DNA of 47,751 nt from an uncultured Thermoanaerobaculia bacterium (GTDB lineage Bacteria; Acidobacteriota; Thermoanaerobaculia; Multivoradales; JAHEKO01). The position numbers were made by a program, and so were the translations under genes. Location: positions 1 to 47,751 of the forward strand of contig CAYXXN010000002.1 of the NCBI GenBank assembly GCA_964469055.1, in the 5' to 3' direction. Shown in pieces: positions 25,418-33,159 of the stretch. Every line of letters begins with the position of its first letter. Within the stretch, counting starts at the first letter, position 1. The notes below the pieces were generated by a model that was given only the letters and a program-made list of their open reading frames with translations, ran no database searches and was not told the origin of the DNA.

Positions 25418-25753
25418 GTGCGCGTTCCCCTCTCTCGCGTCGCTCACGCCCGCTCCGGAGACAAGGGCGATGGCAGCAACGTCGGCCTGATCGCCGACTC
25501 GCTGGAGCTCTACGAGGTGCTGCGCCGCGAAGTCACCGCCGAGCGCGTGGCACGCCACTTCGCGGCGCTCTGCCGCGGCGGAGTGGACCGCTACGAAGTG
25601 CCGAACTTGAAGGCCCTGAACTTCATCCTGCACGACTCGCTGGGCGGCGGCGGCACGGAGAGCCTGCGCACCGACGCCCAGGGCAAGACGCACGCCCAGG
25701 GCCTGCTGGCCATGGAGATCGAGGTGCCCGAGGCGCTCCTCGGCCGACGATGA
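25418..25753 (+). CDS. AtuA C-terminal-like small protein (DUF4387-type partner of DUF1446)
   Basis: GTG start 4 nt after the atuA stop. The AHARSGDKGD.SNVGL motif matches the C-terminal module that is fused to AtuA in Pseudomonas-type proteins. ATGA overlap with the next gene. Confidence 0.7.
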   Translation: MRVPLSRVAHARSGDKGDGSNVGLIADSLELYEVLRREVTAERVARHFAALCRGGVDRYEVPNLKALNFILHDSLGGGGTESLRTDAQGKTHAQGLLAMEIEVPEALLGRR

Positions 25754-26532
25754 GCGAGCTCGTCGAGCTGCGCCGGGAGGAGGATCTGCTGTGGGTCACC
25801 ATGAACGATCCGCGGCGGGCCAACGCCCTGTCGCCGGCGCTCGCGTCGACGCTGACCGAAGTCTTCGAGCGACCCTGGCGAGCCGAGGGGGTGCGGGCGC
25901 TGCTCCTGGCCGGCGCCGGCAAGAACTTCTCGGCCGGCGCCGACCTCGAGCACTTGGCGGCGCTCAAGGACGCCAGCGAGGCGGAGAATCGCGCCGACTC
26001 CAACCGCCTTCGGCGACTCTTCGAGTCGCTCCTGCGCCAGGAGGCGCTGACGATCGCCTTGGTCCACGGGGCCTGCGTGGCGGGCGGCTGCGGTCTCGCC
26101 ACCGCCTGCGACTTCGTCGTCGCCGCCGAGGACGCCCGCCTGCTCTACAGCGAGGTGCGGATCGGTTTCGTGGCGGCGCTGGTGGCGACGTACCTGCCGT
26201 TGCGCTGCCGGGGGAGCGACATCCGCGAGCTGCTGCTCGACCCCGAGTTCGTGGACGCCCGGCGCGCGCTCGGCATCGGCCTCGTCAACCGGGTCGTGCC
26301 GTCGGCCGAGCTGGCCGAGGCGGCGCGGCGTCTCGCGGTCGAGATCCTGACCCGCGCCAGCTCCGAGGCCATCGCCCGCACCAAGCGGATCCTGTTGCAG
26401 GGCTTCGGCATGCCCCTGCCGGAGCGCCTCGAAGCCGCGGCGGCGGCCAACGCCGAAGCCCGCGCGACCGACGACTGCAAGCGCGGCATCGCTGCCTTCC
26501 TCGAGACCAAGCAAGCGCCGAAGTGGCGGTGA
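25750..26532 (+). CDS. enoyl-CoA hydratase/isomerase (crotonase) family protein
   Basis: 260 aa. The GAGKNFSAGADL oxyanion-hole motif and VHGACVAGGCGLA are typical of crotonases. Position suggests an AtuE/LiuC-like role (inference). Confidence 0.85.
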   Translation: MSELVELRREEDLLWVTMNDPRRANALSPALASTLTEVFERPWRAEGVRALLLAGAGKNFSAGADLEHLAALKDASEAENRADSNRLRRLFESLLRQEALTIALVHGACVAGGCGLATACDFVVAAEDARLLYSEVRIGFVAALVATYLPLRCRGSDIRELLLDPEFVDARRALGIGLVNRVVPSAELAEAARRLAVEILTRASSEAIARTKRILLQGFGMPLPERLEAAAAANAEARATDDCKRGIAAFLETKQAPKWR

Positions 26533-26546
26533 GACGGGCGGCGCCG

Positions 26547-26924
26547 TCAGGCGCCCGCCGTCGCCGGCCCGGTCTCGAGCGGCCGGCCGGCGCGCTGCCA
26601 CTCGAGCATGCCGCCGCCGAGCTCCGCGACCCGGCGGGCGCCCTGGCGGCGCAGCGCCAGGGCGGCGGAGCGCACCCTGGGGTCCTCCGGTCCCTCGCCG
26701 AGCACGATGAGCTCGGTCGATGCTGTCGTGCCGATCGGCAACGCCCGCTGCAGCTCCTCGAGGGTGAGCGAGCGCGCGCCGGGGACGTGACCTTGGGCGT
26801 AGCGGGCGGCGGAGCGCACGTCGAGGACGGCGAACGGCGGCCGGGCGCGGCCGAGGCGGCGCGCGAGCTCGGCGGCGTGGGTTTGGAAGACGACGCCCTC
26901 GAAGTGCATGTCCATGGCCGGCAT
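26547..26924 (-). CDS. rhodanese-homology domain protein lacking a catalytic cysteine
   Basis: FAVLDVRSAARYAQGHVPGA and GGMLEWQRAG are rhodanese-like. The translated protein contains no Cys at all. Confidence 0.7.
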   Translation of the reverse strand: MPAMDMHFEGVVFQTHAAELARRLGRARPPFAVLDVRSAARYAQGHVPGARSLTLEELQRALPIGTTASTELIVLGEGPEDPRVRSAALALRRQGARRVAELGGGMLEWQRAGRPLETGPATAGA

Positions 26925-26933
26925 CCTCGCATG

Positions 26934-27779
26934 CTAGAGGGTCCTGCGGAACCAGGCTTGGGTGGCGTTCAGAGCCTGGATCAAGTGTGGTGTGGGGCCG
27001 GCGAAGGGGTGCTGCGCCCCCAGGGTGTGTCCCGCCTCCTCGAGGATCACGAGCTCGCTGGGCGGGGCGGCTGCCGCGGCCAGCCTGCGGCCTTCGGCCA
27101 CCGGCACTCGCTGGTCGTCGCTGCCGTGCACGAGCAGCCACGGCGCGAGGCGCCGGGCGGCGGCGGCTTCGAGGTCGAAAGTTTCGCGATGGGCTCCCAT
27201 GTCGTCGAGCACCTCGACGGCGACCGGCAGCACTTGCCCGGTGCGCGCGACGAGCACCGGGATCTCGCCGCGCCGGCGCCAGAGCGCGTTCTCTTCCGGG
27301 CGCAGACGGTCGTAGCGGCCGATGGCGCTCCAGGTGACGAGCGAGCGGACACGCGCGTGGCCGAGCGGCGAGGCGGCGAGCAGCAGAGACGTGCCGCCGC
27401 CGCGACTGTGGCCGAGGAGGCCGATGCGCTCGGTGTCGACGAGTCCCGGCGCCACGGCGCCCTCGAGCACCGCCTCGAGGAGCGCCGTCAGGTCGGCGAG
27501 ATCGCCGCTCACCGTGGCGTGGCGGAAGGCCTCGAGGTCCGTCACCAGATCGTCCCCGGGTCCCATCCCGGCGCCGGAGAAATTGAAGCGGAGGACGGTG
27601 AACCCACGTGCCGCCAGGAGCTCCGCCAGGTAGGGGTGGAACCCCCATTCCATGAAGCCTTTGAAGCCGTGCGCGACGATCACCGCCGGCCTGGGTCCAG
27701 GCTGGTCCGGGAGGTCGAGGAAGCCGTGCAGCGAGGGCCCACGCGGCGTGGCGAGCGTGAACGGCGCTCGACTCGGCAT
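26934..27779 (-). CDS. alpha/beta hydrolase
   Basis: AVIVAHGFKG, nucleophile elbow GHSRGG, C-terminal GHTL. 281 aa. Confidence 0.8.
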   Translation of the reverse strand: MPSRAPFTLATPRGPSLHGFLDLPDQPGPRPAVIVAHGFKGFMEWGFHPYLAELLAARGFTVLRFNFSGAGMGPGDDLVTDLEAFRHATVSGDLADLTALLEAVLEGAVAPGLVDTERIGLLGHSRGGGTSLLLAASPLGHARVRSLVTWSAIGRYDRLRPEENALWRRRGEIPVLVARTGQVLPVAVEVLDDMGAHRETFDLEAAAARRLAPWLLVHGSDDQRVPVAEGRRLAAAAAPPSELVILEEAGHTLGAQHPFAGPTPHLIQALNATQAWFRRTL

Positions 27780-27788
27780 GGCGGCGGG

Positions 27789-27794
27789 ATTGTA
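27789..27794 (-). promoter_or_regulatory. -10 box candidate (TACAAT) for leaderless hydrolase transcript
   Basis: Minus-strand TACAAT, 9 nt upstream of ATG 27779. Confidence 0.35.
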
Positions 27795-27804
27795 GCGGCG
27801 CGCT

Positions 27805-27813
27805 TGCTAGACT
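27805..27813 (+). promoter_or_regulatory. extended -10 promoter candidate (TGcTAGACT) for leaderless ygfZ-like transcript
   Basis: TG-n-TAGACT, 8 nt upstream of GTG 27822. The 14-mer TGCTAGACTGCCGC recurs on the minus strand at 44793-44806. Confidence 0.4.
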
Positions 27814-27821
27814 GCCGCGCC

Positions 27822-28901
27822 GTGACCTCGCAGGCGCTGTTGGACTCGAGCCTGGTCGCCTGGCAAGACGCCCGCGGGGCGCGGTGGGGAGTGCTGGTTG
27901 GAGGGGGCGATGCGGTCATCGAGTACGGCGATGCGGCGGGCGAGGTCGACGCCCTACGCGAGGGTTGCGGGCTCATCGATCTCGCCTGGTGCGATCGGCT
28001 GATCGTCGGTGGCGCCGACCGCCAGCGTTTCCTCAACGCCTACCTCACCTGCGACGTGAAGGACCTAGCGGCAGGGGGTGGCGCCTACGGCTTCTTCACC
28101 AACGCCCAGGGGCGGATCCTGGCCGACGCCGTGGTGGCGGCGCTCGACGATCAGGTGCTCATCCTGCTCCCGCCAGCGCGAGGGGCGGCGATCCGCGAGC
28201 ACTTGGCGCGCTTCGTCCTCGCTGATCGAGTCGAGCTGCGATCGCCAATGGCGACGACGGCGCTCGCGCTCGTGGGGCCACGCGCCGACGAGGTTCTGGC
28301 TTTAGCCGGCGCTCCGGTGCCGGCGGCGGAATGGGCCGCAACCCGCTGGTCCACGTCCGGTGGTGAAGCGGTCGTGCAGCGTCTCCGGCCCTGGGGCGAG
28401 ACCGCCTACCTGATCTGGGGTGCGATCGAGGAGGCCGCTGCGGTGGCGACGCGCCTCGTCGCCTGCGGCGCGCGGCCGGTCGGGTCGGACGCCTTCGAGG
28501 TCCTGCGGGTCGAGAGCGGAGTGCCCCGCTTCGGGGTGGACTACGATGAAGGGCACTTCCCGCAAGAGACGGGCCTCGAGCACGCGGTGAGCTTCACGAA
28601 AGGGTGTTACCTGGGGCAAGAAGTCGTGGCGCGGATCCACTACCGCGGCCACGTGAACCGCAGGCTCTGCGGCGTCGCCTTCGACCGAGACCCGGGAACC
28701 GTCGAAACACCGCGTCCCAACGAGCCGTTGCTGCTCGCCGGGGAAGAGGTGGGCAAGCTCGGCAGCGTCGTCGTGTCCGCGCGCCTGGGTCGCACGATCG
28801 GTCTCGCGGTGCTGCGCGCCAAGGCGGCGACCCCCGGCACTGCCCTCGCGACGAGCTCGGGTCTGGCGGGGGCAGTTGCCCCGTTACCCTTCGTGGAATG
28901 A
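27822..28901 (+). CDS. ygfZ: YgfZ/GcvT-family folate-binding protein (Fe-S cluster maintenance type)
   Basis: GcvT-like fold (GLIDLAW..RLIVGGADRQRFLN) and the YgfZ signature KGCYLGQEVVARIHYRG. GTG 27822. The 1036-aa ORF-track frame upstream of this point overlaps other genes. Confidence 0.8.
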   Translation: MTSQALLDSSLVAWQDARGARWGVLVGGGDAVIEYGDAAGEVDALREGCGLIDLAWCDRLIVGGADRQRFLNAYLTCDVKDLAAGGGAYGFFTNAQGRILADAVVAALDDQVLILLPPARGAAIREHLARFVLADRVELRSPMATTALALVGPRADEVLALAGAPVPAAEWAATRWSTSGGEAVVQRLRPWGETAYLIWGAIEEAAAVATRLVACGARPVGSDAFEVLRVESGVPRFGVDYDEGHFPQETGLEHAVSFTKGCYLGQEVVARIHYRGHVNRRLCGVAFDRDPGTVETPRPNEPLLLAGEEVGKLGSVVVSARLGRTIGLAVLRAKAATPGTALATSSGLAGAVAPLPFVE

Positions 28902-28932
28902 ACGCCGACCCCGAGGCAAGGGAGGAGAGAAC

Positions 28933-29610
28933 ATGAAAGAGAGCCTGTCGCACGCCTTGACCGCCGAGCTCGTCGGCACCTTTGCCCTCATCTTCATCGG
29001 CGCCGGCGCCGGCGCGCTCGGGCTGGGAGGTCTCGTCGGCGTCGCCTTCGCGCACGGCCTGGTCGTCCTCGGCTTCGTTTACGCCTACGGCCATATCTCC
29101 GGAACCCACATCAACCCGGCGGTGACCGTCGGGCTGTGGGTGGCCGGCAAGATGGACGCCGGCCGCGCCCTCTCGTACATCGTCTTCCAGCTCGTCGGCG
29201 GGGCGCTGGGCGCCTTCGCCCTGCGCTGGGTCCTGGGCGGCACCGAGACCGGCCTCGGAGCGACCACCCTCGCGCGGGGCCTCGAGGTCGGCACGGCGAG
29301 GATCGACATCGCCCCGGCGGCCGGCGTCGTCATCGAGGCCGTCCTCACCTTCTTCCTCGTCAACTGCGTGCTCCACGCCGCGGTCTCGGGGAAGGCGGGC
29401 AACCTCGCCGGGGTGGCCATCGGCATGACCCTGACGTTCGCGATCCTGATGGGGGGCCCCTTGACCGGCGCCTCGCTCAACCCGGCTCGCAGCTTCGGGC
29501 CGGCCCTGGCCACCGGCAACTTCGCCGACCTCTGGGTCTACTTCGTGGGGCCGCTCCTGGGCGGGATCGTGGCGGCCGGCCTCTACCGGGGGATGCTCGG
29601 GAAGCACTAA
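28933..29610 (+). CDS. aqpZ: aquaporin / MIP family channel
   Basis: ATG 28933 with SD GGAGGAG. Two NPA boxes (HINPAVT, LNPARS). Six TM helices. Confidence 0.9.
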   Translation: MKESLSHALTAELVGTFALIFIGAGAGALGLGGLVGVAFAHGLVVLGFVYAYGHISGTHINPAVTVGLWVAGKMDAGRALSYIVFQLVGGALGAFALRWVLGGTETGLGATTLARGLEVGTARIDIAPAAGVVIEAVLTFFLVNCVLHAAVSGKAGNLAGVAIGMTLTFAILMGGPLTGASLNPARSFGPALATGNFADLWVYFVGPLLGGIVAAGLYRGMLGKH

Positions 29611-29618
29611 CCCCGCGA

Positions 29619-29644
29619 GGCGTCCCGCTCCGTGCGGAGGCGCC
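29619..29644. terminator. GC-rich hairpin between convergent genes (possible bidirectional terminator)
   Basis: GGCGTCCCGC-TCCGT-GCGG(A)GGCGCC forms a ~10-bp stem with one bulge and a 5-nt loop. No U-tract. Confidence 0.3.
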
Positions 29645-29650
29645 CGGCGC

Positions 29651-30034
29651 TCAGACCGCGAACGACGACCCGCAGCCGCAGGTCCCGCTGGCCTTCGGGT
29701 TGTGGAACTTGAAGCCGGCGCCGGCCATCCCCATGACGTAGTCGATCTCGGTCCCTTCGAGGTAGCGCGCCGAGACCGGGTCGACGTAGACCGTGAGGCC
29801 GTCGTACTCGACGAGGAAGTCGGTCGGCCGCGCCTCGAGCTCGAAGTCGAGGGCGTACTCGAAGCCGCTGCAGCCGCCGCCGCGCACCGCGACCCGCAGC
29901 CCGGAAGCGGGGTCGAGCCGCTCCTGCTCGCGGGTGGCCTTCACCATCTGGACGGCCTTGTCGGTCAGCGAAATGGGCCCCAGGGGCGGGGCCGGGGCCT
30001 CGGTGGGGGTCGGCACGGAGGGGTTGGGTTCCAT
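29651..30034 (-). CDS. iscA: iron-sulfur cluster assembly accessory protein (HesB/IscA/ErpA family)
   Basis: LRVAVRGGGCSGFEY and the C-terminal CGCGSSF cysteine triad. Pro/Ala-rich N-terminal extension. Confidence 0.88.
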   Translation of the reverse strand: MEPNPSVPTPTEAPAPPLGPISLTDKAVQMVKATREQERLDPASGLRVAVRGGGCSGFEYALDFELEARPTDFLVEYDGLTVYVDPVSARYLEGTEIDYVMGMAGAGFKFHNPKASGTCGCGSSFAV

Positions 30035-30116
30035 GGTCGGATCCTCTGCCGCCGTCGGCGGCCCCTCCAGGGTAGCCGCCGCCGGGGGGCGGAGTCAAAT
30101 CCCGCCGGCCTCCCCG

Positions 30117-30122
30117 TAAGAT
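30117..30122 (+). promoter_or_regulatory. -10 box candidate (TAAGAT)
   Basis: 9 nt upstream of GTG 30132. No SD present. Confidence 0.25.
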
Positions 30123-30131
30123 TGGCGCCGC

Positions 30132-30836
30132 GTGCTCCGGGCCGTCCTTCTCGACTTCAACGGCGTGCTCGTCGACGACGAGCCCCTGCACTTCGAGCTG
30201 CTGCAGCGGGTGCTCGCCGAGGAGGGCGTCGGCCTCGCGGCGGGAGAGCGGCCCCGCTTCGCCGGCCTCGACGACCGCCACTGCCTGCACCTCGCCCTGA
30301 CCGAGGCCGGCCGGCCGGCCGAGGCGGGAGCCGTGCTGCGGTTGGTGGCGCGCAAAGCCCGCTACTACCAGGAGGCGGCGCGCCGGCAGGGCTACCGCTA
30401 CTTCCCGGGCGCCCTCGAGCTGGTCGAGAGCGCGGCCCGCCAGGGGCTGATGCTCGGCCTGGTCAGCGGCGCCCTCCGTGAGGAGATCGTTCAGGCGCTC
30501 CACCAGGCGGCGCTGCGCCGGCACTTCAAGGTGCTGGTCACCGCCGAGGACGTGCGCGAGGGCAAGCCCGCGCCCGAGGCCTACGAGCGGGCCTTGGAAC
30601 TGCTCAACGAGCAACCGCCGCTCCCCGAGCGACTCGTCCATCCGCACGAGGTCCTCGCGGTGGAGGACAGTCCGGCCGGCGTGGCGGCGGCACGGGGGGC
30701 CGGCCTCGTGACCCTGGCCGTGGCCCACACCTACGGCATCGCGGAGCTCGGCGCGGCCGACCTCGAGGTCGAGAGCCTGGCCGATCTCGACCCCGACCGC
30801 TTGCAGAAGCTGTTCGCGGAAGCGAGCCGCCGCTAA
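30132..30836 (+). CDS. HAD-IA family hydrolase (beta-phosphoglucomutase-like)
   Basis: Motif I LLDFNGVLVDDE, motif II LVSGA, motif III/IV K...EDSPAGV. Confidence 0.8.
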   Translation: MLRAVLLDFNGVLVDDEPLHFELLQRVLAEEGVGLAAGERPRFAGLDDRHCLHLALTEAGRPAEAGAVLRLVARKARYYQEAARRQGYRYFPGALELVESAARQGLMLGLVSGALREEIVQALHQAALRRHFKVLVTAEDVREGKPAPEAYERALELLNEQPPLPERLVHPHEVLAVEDSPAGVAAARGAGLVTLAVAHTYGIAELGAADLEVESLADLDPDRLQKLFAEASRR

Positions 30837-31216
30837 CGAGAACGGATCGGCAGCGGTTTGCCGAGCTCGTCGACCTGCACGTAGACGACTTCCGCCTCCG
30901 TCACCCGGACCTGCTCGTGGTCTTTGGTTTGGCGCTCGGCGATGACCTCGACCTGGACCGTGATCGAGGTGTTGCCGATGCGGGTCGCGCTGGCATAGAA
31001 GCTCACCAGGTCGCCGACGTAGACCGGCGCCAGGAACTCCACCTCTCGCATGGCCACGGTCACTATACGGCCCGCCGCGTGGCGGTGGGCCGCGACGGAT
31101 CCGGCCTGGTCGATGTAGGAGAGGATGATGCCACCGAAGATCGTGCCCATGTAGTTGGTGTCCTTGGGCATCATGGCGACCCGGATCGCCGGCTCGCCTT
31201 TTCGCTGGTCGCTCAT
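30833..31216 (-). CDS. acyl-CoA thioesterase (hotdog fold, YciA-like)
   Basis: 127 aa starting MSDQRKG. MPKDTNYMGTIFGG and FLAPVYVGD are typical of the YciA/Acot type. The ORF-track extension to 31894 overlaps the upstream gene. Confidence 0.82.
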   Translation of the reverse strand: MSDQRKGEPAIRVAMMPKDTNYMGTIFGGIILSYIDQAGSVAAHRHAAGRIVTVAMREVEFLAPVYVGDLVSFYASATRIGNTSITVQVEVIAERQTKDHEQVRVTEAEVVYVQVDELGKPLPIRSR

Positions 31217-31722
31217 CGCGTCGGCTCCTCCTTGCGGGCGCTCGCCAGGGCGAGCCGCACCGCTTCTTCCGCGCTCCCCGCCTCGAGCACGCCCGGATCC
31301 TCCTCGCCGTCGGGTGGCACGGCGCTCCAACTGTCGAGCAGCACGACCGGACGCCCATGACGTCGAGCGAGGGCGATCTCGGACAGCGTTCCCCAACTGC
31401 CGGCGATCGCGATCACCGCGTCGGCGGACAAGACGACCACGACGTTCCTGGCCTGCCCGAGCCCGGTGTAGAGGGGCACGGTCACGTCCGGGTTGGGTGG
31501 CGACTCGTCCGGTCCGGCGCCCGGCAGGATCCCGATCACCAGGCCGCTCGCCGCCCGGGCTCCGGCGCTCGCCGCCGCCATGACGCCGGCGCCGCCACCG
31601 CACAGCAGGATGGCGCCGGCGCGCGCCAGGCCGGCGCCGACCGCTCGCGCCAGGGCTCCTTGCTCGGGTGTGCAGCGCGAGCCGCCGACGACCGCGATCT
31701 GCAAGGCCGGCGGCGACACCAC
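31213..31722 (-). CDS. TIGR00725 / LOG-like (SLOG superfamily) Rossmann protein
   Basis: IAVVGGS...LARAGA.LLCGGGAGVM and the LOG-like GSWGTLSE motif. GTG start. ATGA overlap with the thioesterase gene. Confidence 0.72.
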   Translation of the reverse strand: MVSPPALQIAVVGGSRCTPEQGALARAVGAGLARAGAILLCGGGAGVMAAASAGARAASGLVIGILPGAGPDESPPNPDVTVPLYTGLGQARNVVVVLSADAVIAIAGSWGTLSEIALARRHGRPVVLLDSWSAVPPDGEEDPGVLEAGSAEEAVRLALASARKEEPTR

Positions 31723-31726
31723 CGCA

Positions 31727-31736
31727 TGGTATCGTA
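31727..31736. promoter_or_regulatory. overlapping divergent -10 boxes (plus TGgTATCGT; minus TACGAT)
   Basis: On the plus strand the box ends 10 nt before the sigma ATG at 31746. On the minus strand TACGAT lies 8 nt upstream of GTG 31722. Confidence 0.35.
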
Positions 31737-31745
31737 GCCGCCTCC

Positions 31746-32345
31746 ATGGAACCGGCCGATCGCCGTGGGCCGCCGGCGATCCACGACCTCGACGACCGGC
31801 AGCTCGTGGCGGCGCTGGCAGAGCGGCGGCCGGAGGCCCTGGGCGAGCTGTACGACCGCCACGCCCCGATGCTGCTGGCCCTGGGGACGCGCATCCTCGG
31901 GCGGCGCGAGGACGCCGAGGAGGTGCTGCAGGAGACCCTGCTCCAGGTCTGGAACCAGGCTGGCCGCTACGTCGCGGAGCGCTCGTCGGTCTCCACCTGG
32001 TTGGTTCTCATCGCCCGCAGCCGGGCCATCGATCGGCTGCGCACCCGGCGGGTCGTCGAGCGCACCACCGAGGCGGCCCATCGCGAAGAAGGCGCGCTCC
32101 ATGCATCCCCGGCCGGGCCGACCGCCGTACTGGAGAGCGAGCGCGGGGATCGGCTGCGGCGAGAGCTCGCGGCGCTGCCGGCGGAGCAACGCGAGGTGCT
32201 GGAGAAGGCGTTCTTCACCGGCTGGACGCAACGCGAGATCGCCGAGCGCACCGGCGTTCCCCTGGGCACAGTCAAGACCCGCACCCTGCTCGCCATGAAG
32301 AAGCTGCGCGCCGCCCTGGCCGACGACCTCGAGGAGCTGTTGTGA
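31746..32345 (+). CDS. ECF-type RNA polymerase sigma factor
   Basis: Region 2 (DAEEVLQETLLQVW) and region 4 HTH (REIAERTGVPLGTVKTRT). ATG 31746 chosen. GTGA overlap with the downstream anti-sigma gene. Confidence 0.88.
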   Translation: MEPADRRGPPAIHDLDDRQLVAALAERRPEALGELYDRHAPMLLALGTRILGRREDAEEVLQETLLQVWNQAGRYVAERSSVSTWLVLIARSRAIDRLRTRRVVERTTEAAHREEGALHASPAGPTAVLESERGDRLRRELAALPAEQREVLEKAFFTGWTQREIAERTGVPLGTVKTRTLLAMKKLRAALADDLEELL

Positions 32346-33157
32346 ACCCCACCCTCTCACCGGACCAGGATGCCCTGGTGGCGGGAGTCCTCGACGAGCT
32401 CGTCGGCGCCGAGCGGGAGGCGATCGATCGCTGGAGCGAGCTCGACGCCGGAGAGCGTCGGCGCATCGAGCGTCTCGACCTCGAGGTTCTCGGCTCGTTG
32501 GCGCGGGCGCTGCCGCCCGCGTTCCCGCGCCTCGAGGCGCGCGCGGCGCTGCTCGCGGCCGCCGCCGACGAAGGCGCGTCGCCGCGGCGCAGGGTGGCGC
32601 CGCAGGCCGACTCGCGCTGGTGGCTACCGCTCGCCGCCGCCCTAGCCGCGCTGGCGCTCGGTGCGGCCGGCTTCCTCTGGGCGCGTCTGCAGGACCAGCG
32701 CGAGACGCTGTTGGCACTCCAAGCCGAGGTCGGAGAGCTGCGCACCCAGACGACGCGGCTCGCGGCCCGCGAGCGGGACGCCCGCGAGCAGCTGGCGCTC
32801 GTGGGCTCCCCCGGTGTCGCGGTCTGCCCCCTGCGGCAGCGCGCGGCCTCGCCGCTCGGCGGCGCGCCCTTCGGGGTGCTCTACGTGGGGGCGGATCACC
32901 AGCACTGGTACCTGGCCCTCCACGGTCTGCTGCCCTGCCCCGAGGGCCGCGTCTACCAGGTGTGGTTCGTCGCTCCGGAGGGGACGGTGAGCGCCGGCAC
33001 GTTCCGCCCCGAGGCGGGCGCCGCCGTCGAGCTCTCCTCCGCCACGATGCCCGAGGGCACGCGCGCCGTGCGCGTCACGCTCGAGGCGCCGGGCGGCGCG
33101 CCCGCGCCGAGCGGCCCCGAGATTCTGTTCGGCGACCAGCCGATCCAGCTGCTGTAG
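32342..33157 (+). CDS. anti-sigma factor (RskA-like C-terminal domain)
   Basis: GTG 32342 overlaps the sigma stop. Single TM helix WWLPLAAALAALALGAAGFLW. Extracytoplasmic domain with YQVWFV...G.VSAGTF typical of anti-sigma-K/RskA. Confidence 0.75.
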   Translation: MNPTLSPDQDALVAGVLDELVGAEREAIDRWSELDAGERRRIERLDLEVLGSLARALPPAFPRLEARAALLAAAADEGASPRRRVAPQADSRWWLPLAAALAALALGAAGFLWARLQDQRETLLALQAEVGELRTQTTRLAARERDAREQLALVGSPGVAVCPLRQRAASPLGGAPFGVLYVGADHQHWYLALHGLLPCPEGRVYQVWFVAPEGTVSAGTFRPEAGAAVELSSATMPEGTRAVRVTLEAPGGAPAPSGPEILFGDQPIQLL

Positions 33158-33159
33158 CT

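Noticed and set aside
25791-27821. The 5' two-thirds of the 1036-aa ORF whose C-terminus is the YgfZ-like protein.
   Set aside because: Only the last 359 codons, from GTG 27822, carry GcvT/YgfZ motifs. The upstream part overlaps the crotonase, rhodanese-like and hydrolase genes and is compositional junk. An extended -10 box lies just before 27822.
30048-30062. GC-only palindrome GCCGCCG-T-CGGCGGC upstream of the IscA-type gene.
   Set aside because: It is low-complexity GC sequence of a kind that arises easily at this base composition. A 1-nt centre cannot form a hairpin loop, and no second copy or known operator pattern was seen.
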